In this document: in pieces, positions 38,201 to 49,862 of the stretch
Layout: each line of letters begins with the position of its first letter
Numbering within the stretch: the stretch's first letter is position 1
NCBI GenBank assembly: GCA_013239625.1
Contig: MU057343.1
Span: 10,396,825 to 10,460,539 of the forward strand
Source of the DNA: Lama guanicoe
Lineage: Eukaryota
DNA: 63,715 nt
Direction: 5' to 3'
Position numbers and translations under genes: made by a program
The notes under the pieces: generated by a model
What the model saw: only the letters and a program-made list of their open reading frames with translations
What the model was told of the DNA's origin: nothing
The model's database searches: none

Positions 38201-40959
38201 CTCAGGAAATGTCCTGGGACTTACAACACCCTGGGCTGACATCTAGTCGGGGCTCCCCAGCAAGGGTGCCTTCTGGTTCTCAGTGGTGCCCACGTAGGGA
38301 GCTTTAGAGAGGGGCAGGGTGCAATGGTTATTTCCCACTCAGAAGCTGCCCAGAGTTCTGAATGCTCGTCTATGCAAAATAGAGTCTTTTCACCTGAGCT
38401 GCTTAGTATAAATTTGAAGTCTGAGTGCTTATCTTATATCATAAATATTTGCAGGAATGCTGGAAGAGGGGGGAGCTGCCACCCAGCAGTGTTTCTGGAA
38501 AGAATTCCCTGGGGGAAGGAGGGTGAGATATGCCAGGCCCAGGCACCCGCTCTGGGCCACGGCAGAGCACCTCGTTTCTGCAGTGACATGCTTGGTTCCA
38601 GTTGTTATGCCGCTGGGTTCCCACCGCCGGCCTGTCTACGAACCCCTGCTACGATGAGATGCAAAGATTTAACGGTTTCAAGAGGAAGGCTACCTAATTT
38701 GACACACATTTGACACACACATTTGACACATTCCCCGCATTCCTGTGCTGGAATAACGCCACCTGTAAGCTGGTGAGATGGTGTTTTCCATGGGTGGTAA
38801 CCCAGGAAGCTGCCCTTTTCACCCCGGTGTGGGAAGGGAGGTCTCACACATTTTTTCCACAGTAATTTGATTTCATTGAGAACAACTGCAGGAGCTTCTG
38901 TTGGGAATGCTGCCCTAGGTTCAGTGTTGAGGTCATTATTGGTATTAGATCTTCCAGGTCTGTGACAGAGTTAAGTTCTATTGAATTCATCCAGGAAGAC
39001 TGTCATGAGTTCTGTGCTTCAGAACAGGCAGGGAGCGAGCATGTCACCGTCGTGATGAAGATTACCCCTAGTCTGGGGGACAGGTGGTTTGAGTGTTTTG
39101 AAAAGCCAAAACAGCCTGCAACTTTAACTAACAAAGCTTCCCTGGATCCTGGGTTGGCACTACAATCATCTTTTTTCTTGCTGTGGGTTTTAATCGTCAG
39201 AGTTTTTATATGTGGGGTCCTCCATTCAGTTTCAGAGTTCTGACGGACCAAAGGTTAGCTTGGGGAATGAGGTCTAACCTCCCTCCTCCCCCAAGCCAAC
39301 CTTAATAAAACCACAATTTGAGGAGAAGTATAGCATACTTGGTACACAAATATAGTTTCAAATCAAGTCTGAGAGCCCCATCTTTCAACCATGTGGCCAC
39401 CCCTAAGACTCTCTCTAAAGAAATTTTGGAGACTCCATTAGTAGACCGAATCTAAGAAGTATTACACTTAGAAAAAATCCTGGGTAAGGCAGCATTCTGT
39501 AAGGAGAACTGCTTTCTTAGCTCCCCAGCTTTGACTGCAGCTCTCATTTAATCCAAATATCTATTTATAAGAGCATTTGGAGAGATCCTTTAACTTGGGT
39601 GTTAAAAACAAAAACTAAAAAGAACATATTAAGAAGGAACCCACAGGATGATTTGAGCTACATGTATTTTAATACATAATTAACATGGGTATTGTTATAT
39701 ACAGAAATACTAACCCAGTGTGTCCCTTTAAACATTTCTCAGTTCCTTCCCCTTAAGTCCTTTATGCAGGTGTGTGTAAGAGAATTGCCTTCGGTTTTGG
39801 TGGGGTGTGCTTTATCTTAATGTAATACCCAAGTTCACAGTGACCCCTCTGCGGGAAGGGTCTGTGTGGCCTGTGATGGTGCTCTTATTTATGAACTGAA
39901 GAATATTCTCCATGTTGGCATATGTTCTAATTCAAAATCTACTCCAAATTCTGAGCCTCTAAAGATGTAACTTTCCTCCAGCATTCTTTGCTCACTGCCT
40001 GCCTTGATTTACTTATTTCCCTGGGCTTGGCCTTGTAGCTTTCTGTCTCTCTTTGAATACTTTCTGCCTGCTACCTCTGTGCACTGCATTATCTCCTCAC
40101 TGAAGGGCGAAGGAAATGTTTGATATTTTATTCCAACAAATATTGAATATCTACCATGTCAGGCATTGGGCTAGGTGCTGTATGGAAGAGCAACTTCCAA
40201 ATTTAATCTGAGTTGAAAACAGATTCCACTGCGCTGCAGAACATGCTCACCTTGATCTTTCCTGAGAGGCACTATCAGTGCCCACTCTGGTTACAATAGC
40301 TCAGATTCTCACACTTAACAATGTTATGCCCCCCATGGAGGCTACACAATCAATGACAGCAGAGCTTACACAAGAGAAGTTTTGGAGAAACGTTATTGGT
40401 TACAGAGATGCTAATTATTTCCTTCAACGATTATTTCCTACTTTCCTCTAGGTGTTCGTGCTAGGGAAGTTCTCTCTCCAAACACAGCCCCAAAGGGAGT
40501 TCCTTAAGTGCTATGAGACCTTGTCTACAGCTGATTGCATTGGATATGGATGCCTGACCCAAGATGAGCCAGCCACATTTAAACCAAAGACATAGAGACC
40601 ACATTCGTTGTCTTGGAAACTTGAACTAGAAAGGCAAGTAGTCGTGAATGCTGAGACCTGCACTGTGTGGCCTCCACGATGGGCCAAACACAGGCATTGG
40701 TGCAAGCTGTCAGCACAGGAAGACAACAAGGGGACTCCTCTGTCTTAACCAGAGATCTGAGTACAAAGAAATGTCTCTCAGTTATGAATCAAGAATTCTG
40801 AATCAAGAACCTATGCCTTCCTTGAGTTTGAGTTTTGAATTTATGCTGAATTTGTGGTCTAAGAATGTTTGAGATGAGCTAGTAACAAGAAAATGTGATT
40901 CTAGACCACGATGCCGCACAACTGTGAACCAAATGCAGAAATCTCTACTGACTTACCCT

Positions 40960-42705
40960 CAGTGGAGGCCACACACACGGGATTCCCATAAAGAAGGCAA
41001 CAGTGAAGACAAGCTTACCCTCCAAAATTACAAAACGTGTTAGCAAACGATCCCCTGATGGTGAACCAACAGATAGAACACACTTAGGATCAGATTGCCA
41101 GTAACTTCAGATAGCAGATCTGTTGTTTCAGGACTGTAAGTGTGTTTAAAATGTTAGAGACATAAAATAAGGAATTAGAAACTTAATAAATGTGCAAGGT
41201 TCATGTAAAAAGAAAATACAGGTTTGAAAAAGAAAAATTCTAGAAGCAATAACTACAGTCATTAATTTGAATAGATTAGATATGGCTAAAGAGAAAATTA
41301 ATATGCTGGAAGAGACATCTGATTCCAATTCAGAATATATCACAAAGACAAAAACGTATGAGAGAGTAATTAAAGATATGGGTGATAAAATGAGAAATAA
41401 TAAGAATCTCAAGAAAGTAGAGAATGAGGAAAAGAAATACTCAAAGACAAAAAAGGCTGAGGATTTTCTATAATGGTTAAAAGATAGGATCACAAGATTC
41501 AGAACGCTACAGCAAGCCATGAGCTGAATAAATAAGAGCAAATCCAAACCTTGAGTCCACTATCATGAAAATGCAGAACACCAAAGCCAAAGAGTTCTCA
41601 AAGCAACTGCAGAGAGAAGGCATATTTCCTTTGTAGGAAATTGATTAGATAGGCAACAGGTTCTCAACAGCAATAACAGAAACCAAAAGTCAGTAAGATA
41701 ATATATCCAAAATGCTAAGAGAAAATAACTGTCACTTCTTCATCCACTTAAATTATTATTAAACAACAGAGATGAAATTATTTGTTTTTAATTATCAAAG
41801 ACTCTCATGAAGAAGCTCCTAAAGAATTTACTTCAAGTAGAAGAAAACTGAACCAGAAGAGAATGAATGAAATCCAAGAAGGGATACTAAATTTAGACAA
41901 GTATCATCTGTGGAAAATAACAATAATATTGACAAAAAATATATATTGACAAATTTTAAGGGTACCAAATAAAGTGGAACTGAAGTATTGAACAATATGT
42001 AAAAAGAGTGGGAGATGTTTGGATCTCTGAAGACTGGGAGGTAAGTAGAGATGCTTACTTATTTTATACTTCTTAAAGGCAAGTATGTGTGATAAAAATG
42101 TAAAGATCACACCTAACGTGGTTGTATGTGTATACAAGCATAAAAATGAGATGAATAACTACCAAAACAGTACAATAGGAAAAGAGGGGAAAGGAAACTT
42201 GATCAATCCATTAAAAGGCAGGAAAAAAGAAAAGCAAAGATTATATATAGCAAAGTAAATGTAAAACCCCAAATAAAATTACAGACATAAATCCTAAATA
42301 AATGTAAATAGACTAAATGTGTCAATTAAAACACAGAGATTGTTAACTTGGAGGAAAAAAAAATCTGTGGTTTATAAGAGATTCATCTAAACTATTAGGG
42401 CAGAGGAAAAAAACAAAGGCAAAGAATGGGGAAAGAGCTATCAGGCCAAAAAAGGAAGTTAATAGAATTACCAGAATTTTATCAGACTTTAGGGCAAACT
42501 TCATGATTAGGGATAAAGATTGTTATAAAAATAGAACAATTCTAATATCTACCCAGTAGCCTCAAATAAAAGGCAAAAACGGAATTCCCAGTATGAACTG
42601 TCAAACATACAATCATAACGAGAGGAGATGTTTTAACACATCTCTTTAGATAGGTAAAAAAAAATTCTTTTAAATTAGCAAGGAAGATTTGAATAAATCA
42701 ATTTT
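40960..42705 (+). mobile_element. Ancient L1 5' half: ORF1 remnant, inter-ORF region and start of the ORF2 endonuclease
   Basis: ORF 41267..41473 NRLDMAKEKINMLEE resembles the ORF1p coiled coil; aaatgtaaatagactaaatgtgtcaattaaaacacagagattg resembles the ORF2p start (LNVNGLNxPIKRxRL); strongly A-rich. Confidence 0.8.
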
Positions 42706-43056
42706 GGAATGATAGTGGCAATTATCTACATAGTGCTTCTGATTCCCGCTCAAAAAGGCTTAGGGTCCTTCTTTCTGAAATTCATTTGGGAAGGCGAACT
42801 TTCCTCAGGACACTCTTTTATGGGGGGGGGTAGGAATCTGGATTTTCTGACCTTTAACCTGTGCAGGACAGGACTTCCTTGCATAGATGAGGCCCTTTCC
42901 AGCCTTGCCTCAGGGAGGGGGTGATTTTTGGCACATGAATACTGCTGACCGTTATGCTAACTTGGCAATGATTTTTTTCCTTCTGCTTTTTAAATTAGTG
43001 CAGGCTAGTATGTCCTCAAGATTCTTTGCACACAGCTGAGGCAGCAGAAAGTCACA

Positions 43057-43502
43057 CGCGTTAGTTAAGGTGCAGGCTAAACTGCTGTCACAAAGACACT
43101 GAAGAATAAATACTGCGGCTCACATGAGATTGTTCATTTCTCTCTCACAGAGCAGCCCAGATGTAGGTGGCAGCGCGGAGCAGGTAGATGGCGCTGCTCC
43201 TTAGGTCGTCCAGCTTCCTTCTATTTTCTTGTCCTCGCGTTCATTCCCACCTCTGCGTTGCAGCCCACGGGCAGGGCCCGCGGCCCCAGAGTTCGCGCGC
43301 GTCGGTGCCGCGGGCGGGCCTCGCGCGGGAGCTCGGTCACGTGACCGCCCGGGCCGCGCGGGAGCTTGGGAAACCTTGTCGCTAGCTGCGCCGCCATCTT
43401 CTTTGCTCCGCGATACCTGTGTACGTCTTGGGGAGTCAGCCTATTCCTAGAAGGAGGAAGACCAGACTGGACTGCAGGAAAAAATGAGCAGTGTCAGCCA
43501 CA
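43057..43502 (-). mobile_element. Full-length ancient solo MLT1 (I/J/K-type) LTR hosting the CpG island
   Basis: Left end ttagttaaggtgcaggctaaactgctgtcacaaag...catttctctctcaca and right end gaaggaggaag...agcagtgtcagccaca match MLT1 antisense termini; the central block aligns to the MLT1 motif gtcacatgg...gggaggctgggaaatgtagtc.ctagctg. Confidence 0.75.
43170..43425. promoter_or_regulatory. CpG island / candidate promoter
   Basis: About 34 CpG in about 255 bp by hand count, in an otherwise CpG-depleted window; GC box gggcggg near 43312-43318; E-box GTCACGTGAC at 43336-43345; YY1-type GCCGCCATCTT at 43390-43400 and AGATGGCG at 43186-43193. Confidence 0.8.
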
Positions 43503-43519
43503 CCGTAAGACTATTTCTA

Positions 43520-43660
43520 ATCATAGCCCCACTCATTTCATTACCCGGGAGGGACATGGAGCCTCTCAGAACCCCCGTTTTACCGTCTAGAAAACTGCAT
43601 CTCACACAGTTATTAATAGCCATTAAGATGACGAGAGTGAAAGTCAGGGCTCCCAGGGCT
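43520..43660 (-). mobile_element. MIR fragment
   Basis: cccccgttttaccgtctagaaaactgcatctcacacagtta resembles the MIR core cccattttacagatgaggaaactgaggctcagagaggtta. Confidence 0.55.
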
Positions 43661-44524
43661 CTCTGTGGGTCTCTGGCCCTGTATTCCCTCCTCTGCCCAC
43701 AGCAGAGGCCCCGCGAGGCCACGGGCACTGCGTGTGGGGACGGGTGTCACAGTCGACCAGCCCCTGCCTCTGCCTGCTCTTCCTGAAGTTCTTTCTTCTT
43801 TTCTCTGAGCCCCTGTCTCCCTCCCCCACCTCCCCAATGGGAGGATTCTGCAGATTGATGGACTATCACCTAGAAGGTGGGGGCAGACCCCAGATCCCTG
43901 TGTTCTTGAAGGAAAGAATTAATGAGTCCCTCAGAGTTGTCTCTGGGCTGGCCCTCATCTCGGTGCCTGCTCTGCTGCGGCTGGGACGGCCCAGTGCGGA
44001 GAGAAAGGCAGGCGGCTACAAAGCGTTGGTTGTGCTGCCCTGTGCGTGATCGGTCAGGTTTTGTTTGCCATCCTTTGTGCCCAGTGGTGCCGGTCACACG
44101 CTGAGTTCCTCCCAGAAATCTGATTGTTTGCAGTTGTAAAGTGCTGGAGCTTGGGTCTGTCCGAGCAGAGGGTTAAATCATGGAGTGTTTTACAAGGGCA
44201 GCNNNNNNNNNNNNNNNNNNNNNNNNNNNNNNNNNNNNNNNNNNNNNNNNNNNNNNNNNNNNNNNNNNNNNNNNNNNNNNNNNNNNNNNNNNNNNNNNNN
44301 NNNNNNNNNNNNNNNNNNNNNNNNNNNNNNNNNNNNNNNNNNNNNNNNNNCTTCTGAACCCCAAACACATTCCCATGCACGGTTTCCGTTGAGACGGTGG
44401 AAAGATACTCTTTCCTTCTTAGCCAAAAATATTTAACGGGGTGGATTTCTACAATTCCATCGCTTTATGCATGAGAAATATTTCTTTTGATCAGACTAGT
44501 TTGCAAGCATGTGGGTCAAATTTA

Positions 44525-45065
44525 AGCCTCAAGTTTTTAATGAGTGGCTACTCTGTGTGAAGTGCTACATTAGTTCACTGTGGGATAGACAGGCAAGGCG
44601 GGGCACCAAACGTTAAAATATGAAAAGGAATGATGTTTAATGATGTTCAAGATGACACTGGGAGAAGCATCAGAAGGCAGCACATGGTGAGGAAGAGGAT
44701 GAGCTTGCCACAGGTGCTTAGGGGAAGGAGAATTCTGTTCAGGCTGGCGTGGTAAGAACAGGGTTTGTAGATGGAAGTGGAGGTTTGAACTAGATGGATT
44801 TGGTTATGTCAAGGGGCTTTAGGGAGGCATTCTGGGTTGGGGGAGGTCTGAAGGAAAATGCAGAGGAAGGAAAATGAAAGGGTTTTTGAAAGAAGAGCAA
44901 ATAATCCAGAGCGGCTCCAGCAAATGGTTCATGTAGGAAAAAAGGAACTTCAAGTGGGAAAGGCAGATTGAGGCTGGAAGTGGATTGGGAAGTCGGGCTC
45001 AGGAGCTGGAATTTTTACTGCATGGTGAAGAGGAGGCATGGGAGGCTCTTGGGATTTGTTTTGAT
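44525..45065 (-). mobile_element. L2 3' fragment
   Basis: ttaatgagtggctactctgtgtgaagtgct...ggaggcattctggg...caggagctggaatttttactgcatgg. Confidence 0.65.
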
Positions 45066-45999
45066 CTGAACCAGTCTGGGTACCAGGATTCTCAATTTAT
45101 GCCTCCAAAACTTTTGTTTGTTTGTTTGTTTGTTTTTCTTTTTGGGCACCTCAGCGAAAATGACTTAATCTCGAAAATTAAGGTTGGATTAATTAAATAT
45201 GATTCATAGGTATTAAAAATAAGACTCCTTATTGAAATTTCCTTATTGGTGATTTCACAAATGAGAAATGCTAAGTTTATTACTGAGTAAAATTCTTGGC
45301 CACACCTTCTGGACCACAAACTGTGAACACAGGTTTTGCAGGGAAGAATTGTTGACCAACTTTCATTCTTTGTGGGCAGAGGAGGAAATTGTGGAGGAAA
45401 AAAACCAGCATTGGATTCATATTCAGAAACACCACATTTTGAGCAAATTTGGCTGAAAATTTGCATTTCAGGGCTACTTTGGAGACAAAATCTGGCATGG
45501 GAATTATGCCCCCAAAAGGCCACTTTCTGAGTCTCATGTGATCATCAGTTGAGTTCTCTTCCAAAGATAGAGCTGGGATTATGGTGTCTACTGTAAGTGT
45601 GAAGAAACTGTCAAAAAGTTGTAATGACTTTCCCAGACTCACACGGCTAGTTAGTTCATGGTGGAGGAAGAGTCTTAGGAGCACCGAGGGGTGCAAGCAG
45701 TGTCCTTGGAATAGTGAGTCAGCAGTGCACAGGCTCCAGGGTAGCAGCAGTGTGGATATGTAGTCAGGGAGGCAACCCAGTTGGCCAGAGAGGCTGACCC
45801 AGCCAGGCGGGTGGGAGATGATTACAAGATGACTCAGGGTGAGACAAAAAAGAGACAACATGAGGATTCTGGTCTGAGGGAAGAGTGACACCATCAACTC
45901 AAACGACAGCCCCCATAGGCCAGGTGGCATGGCACTGACAGAGAATGGCTCCCAGGCAGGGCCAGTCCCAGGAAAGATGCTGAGGGGTTGAAGGCAACT

Positions 46000-46150
46000 G
46001 ACTCTCAAGGACCTTGGGCAAGTCACTTGATTTTTCTGAGCCTCAACTTCTCCTGTGCAAAATGAAGTGAATTATAACCCCAAGGGCAAGGTGTCAGGAG
46101 GATTAGATGAGAATATGGGGGCAAAGCATCTGGCTCAGTCCCTGGGAGAT
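46000..46150 (+). mobile_element. MIR SINE
   Basis: gaccttgggcaagtcacttgattttttctgagcctcaacttctcctgtgcaaaatg. Confidence 0.8.
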
Positions 46151-48879
46151 GGCTGTTTTCATTACAGATATTTTGAATGTGTGCCATTAAGAACTATCAG
46201 GCTGGTGAGCTAGAAGTCGTATGGAGATGTGCAGTTTGTCTAGGGATGAGGATGGTGTTGGGGTTTACATCTAAGAACAAAAGAGAGGCTCGAAGGGACA
46301 GAAGCTCTTTTTTTGTTATCGTTTCTAATAGATCATTGAAGATGATCAGGCAGAAGAAACACACACATGCGTGCACACACCAACACGCACACACGAATTG
46401 GGTAAAATTGAGTGGTTGCCTCCTGTTCAAGACATGTTGTAAGTGAGCAAAGTGGACCATGGCAAAGGCTTGCACTGGGGTTTATCAAGCAATATTTGAT
46501 GATGCTTTTTCTCAGTTTTGAAACCTCTTTCTAAAATATTTAGTGCTTGCAAGGGGGAGTGCCAGGCTTCCAGGTGACTTGCACAGGTATTAGGTGGGCA
46601 TTAAGTCAGGGAAGTGTGATAATCCCAGGTCATCTCTCACACAAGATCGGCATTGAAATGCCTGAAGTCATAAGATGGTGAAGCCAGAGAGGTTGGGGAG
46701 AAAAATCAGGATATAGATATGTTCTATATAATTGTTCATTGTCAAAATAGCTATTATTTGCAAATGTTTATTGCATAATCCATTGCATAGTACAGCTGAT
46801 TCTTGCATCTGGAGAGCAAAACCATTATTATATATTGCCACATGGTTATTAATGCCATCAGTGTACCCTTATTCATTTATATCTTGGATGATTCTGCTGT
46901 TTATTTGTTATGACTGTCTGGTTCATGTTGGTAGGCTGCATTACCAACAGTTGTTTAGGATGTTGAAGAGCAGTAGATGCATTGGTTAGCAAGACCGTAG
47001 AATCATGAGGATGAGTACTGACATATGTAGGACCCGGCCAGTTACAAAGATGATAACAGATTTAATAAAATTATTTTTAATTGCCCTGTTTTCTTGAGCT
47101 CTTTAGGAATCACATTCTTGCTAACTTTTTCCTTCATGAATTTTTGAACCAAGTTTCTAATAAGGATTTGATGTTAGAAATTCCCACCACGTTATTTGTT
47201 TTGCATTGTTCTTTTAAACACGTGTTAAGGGGACACAGCACAAAGAGGACCACGTTTACTTGGGCCACTTCAAAAATGGAATCCTTTTGAGGAGACACTA
47301 GCAGATACAGTGGAAGAGGGAATCTTTGGATGTTCAATGTGGCTTTGTTCCTTACTTCTCCCTTCTTGGATCTTTTTCCTCAGTAGAACCTAAGCTATCT
47401 ATCCGTCTCTTGTGGTGCATTTGAAAGACATTTCAAGAAGCCAAAATACTGAATCTTAATACAAGGGCTGTTCTACAAGTTCCACATTACGAAGAGTCAA
47501 AGTCTTGCTTGAGTTTCAAAGAACAATACGATGTCCCGGCATCACTCAGATGTGTCCATCTTAGTTACACTCACTCTTGCTTTCAGAGCTGGGGTGCACA
47601 GCTAGCGTAGGCGAGCCCAGCTGCGGAGAGAACACTCCCTGCTCCCCAGGGAAAACGGTGTCATTTATTCTGAGAATGTGCAGAAACAGCATTTGATTGG
47701 GAAGAGGCCTTAGGTCATTTGTCTCCCACTTTTAAGATGATGAGATCGATGCGTCTCCCCAGTGGGCTGTCTCCCTTCTATTCGGCAACAATACACTACT
47801 TCTTTTCAAAGAGAAATATGCTTCCAATAAGGGGGGAGGGAGGCAGGGGGNNNNNNNNNNNNNNNNNNNNNNNNNNNNNNNNNNNNNNNNNNNNNNNNNN
47901 NNNNNNNNNNNNNNNNNNNNNNNNNNNNNNNNNNNNNNNNNNNNNNNNNNNNNNNNNNNNNNNNNNNNNNNNNNNNNNNNNNNNNNNNNNNNNNNNNNNN
48001 NNNNNNNNNNNNNNNNNNNNNNNNNNNNNNNNNNNNNNNNNNNNNNNNNNNNNNGTTTTTTTTTTCTCCTTAAATCTATTGCTCATGTACATAGAGTTTT
48101 CTTTTAATGGCATGTCAAAATGGAGTTTGGTGAAAAACCACAGGAGGAAAAAAAAATGAAAAATATAGNNNNNNNNNNNNNNNNNNNNNNNNNNNNNNNN
48201 NNNNNNNNNNNNNNNNNNNNNNNNNNNNNNNNNNNNNNNNNNNNNNNNNNNNNNNNNNNNNNNNNNNNNNNNNNNNNNNNNNNNNNNNNNNNNNNNNNNN
48301 NNNNNNNNNNNNNNNNNNNNNNNNNNNNNNNNNNNNNNNNNNNNNNNCACAAAGAGGAAATGCACTGGGAGGAGATGTTCTGGGCCCAGTGCACTCCCTG
48401 TAACGTTCCACAGTTGTGTTTCCAATTCCCAGGGCACCCCGTGAACTGGCCTTGAAAGGGAAGGAAACCCAGGGGATTGCAACCTGGGGTTAGAATCTGG
48501 GGAAGCACCACAGGCCACTTTTTCTCCTTAGAAACCCCATTCTCTTTCTTGTTGCCAATTTGCCCTACTTATTGCTTTGAGTCTCCTTCAGACTCACCTC
48601 AACCAGGACACACATGGGAGTGGACTCTGCCTACATCCAGTCTCTGTTCTTTTCAGTGCTCTCTCGAGTGTGTCCTAAGAGGTCGCCATTTGTTTTCTAT
48701 TCATTTGGTCTTTTTTCTTTTCTCTGTAAAGATGTTAAAAACATAAAAAAACAAAGATGTTAAAAACATATTTTTCCTCTTTGTGGAGAGTGGTTTTTTT
48801 TAGTAGGGGAGAGGAGATAGTTTCCACCTGCTTAACAAAACCAGAAACAGCTTGAGGCCTTTCCTGTTTGGGAACCCTC

Positions 48880-49042
48880 AGAAGCACATCTTAAGATGGT
48901 AATTTTGGTGGAAATGGCTCATTGGGAGAGGATCCTAGGAGATCTCAGTAAAGCAGCAGAGGAGAGGCAGAAAGGAAGGAGGTCACTGACGGGGCCTTAT
49001 CAAGCTAGTGGCCACTGTGAGCAATGGAGTCTTAATCCTGCA
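48880..49042 (-). mobile_element. LTR33-like ERVL LTR fragment
   Basis: ttgggagaggatcctaggaga...ggaaggaggtcactg...gccactgtgagcaatggagtcttaatcctgc. Confidence 0.55.
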
Positions 49043-49265
49043 GGGAAGATTTCTCAACCTCGGCACTATTGACATTTTGAACCGCAAATATGTTGCTGTG
49101 GGAGCTGTCCTGGGAAATTTTAGGAGGTTTAGCAGCATTCCCGGCCTCTACCCACTAGATACCAGTAGTAACCCTCCCCTCTACCAGGCGTGACAATCCA
49201 AAATGTCTCCAGGCAGTGTCAAATGCCCACCAGGTTGGGGCACAGGCCCCTGGTTTAGAACTACG
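49043..49265. mobile_element. MER20 hAT-Charlie element
   Basis: ttctcaacctcggcactattgacattttg...tttagcagcattcccggcctctacccactagatacc...aaaatgtctccaggcagtgtcaaatg. Confidence 0.92.
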
Positions 49266-49669
49266 GGAGCCCTGGGGAACCCCAGGCAAGGTGCCGGGGA
49301 GGCTGTTGGAAGTCCAGCTGAAATGGTAAAGCCTAGGGGACGTGCCAGGGAAGGCACTGGAGGATCTGCTGCACTCTTCTCCTAGAGGCGAGGGGTGAGC
49401 TGACCTCCAGCATCTCCTAGATCTGCCTCCTCTTCCCTACCTCCTGCCATTGCTTCAGTGCAGGTGGCCTTTATTATTCATCCATCCAACATCATGATAG
49501 CTGCATGCTGACCTCCCTGTCTCCAAAAAGGGCAAATATGACCATAATATATTTTATTTGAAATTTAAAAAATTCCCACCACTTTCTACTTTCCAGACGA
49601 ACTCCAACAGTTCATTTATAGTTTATCCAGGCATACCAAACCCTTTGTTACCTGCGGAGGGAGGATATC

Positions 49670-49862
49670 AGAGTATTTAGAGTCACTACTCCCTGGATTC
49701 AAATCCTGGCACTTCAGGTAAATTACATGTCCTCTCTCAACCTCAGTTTCCTCAAATGTCAAATGGGGATCAACAGTACCTGTGTAAGTAATCCATAAAA
49801 AGCACTTATCAGAACCTGGCCCCTATTAAGAGATCAATAAATGTTCTCCATCATTATTATTG
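49670..49862 (+). mobile_element. MIR SINE
   Basis: cctggattcaaatcctggc...cctcagtttcctcaaatgtcaaatggggatcaacagtacct. Confidence 0.8.

Noticed and set aside
41146-41547. Hydrophobic 133-aa membrane-protein-like ORF
   Set aside because: Antisense translation of the A-rich L1 ORF1 remnant
45280-46026. Longest ORF in the track (248 aa, minus strand)
   Set aside because: Non-ATG start, overlaps MIR-like sequence, no recognisable domain; consistent with a chance frame
47719-48518. Long ORFs containing X runs (also near 17, 15479, 31921, 44054, 55241 and 57450)
   Set aside because: Open only because they cross N gaps
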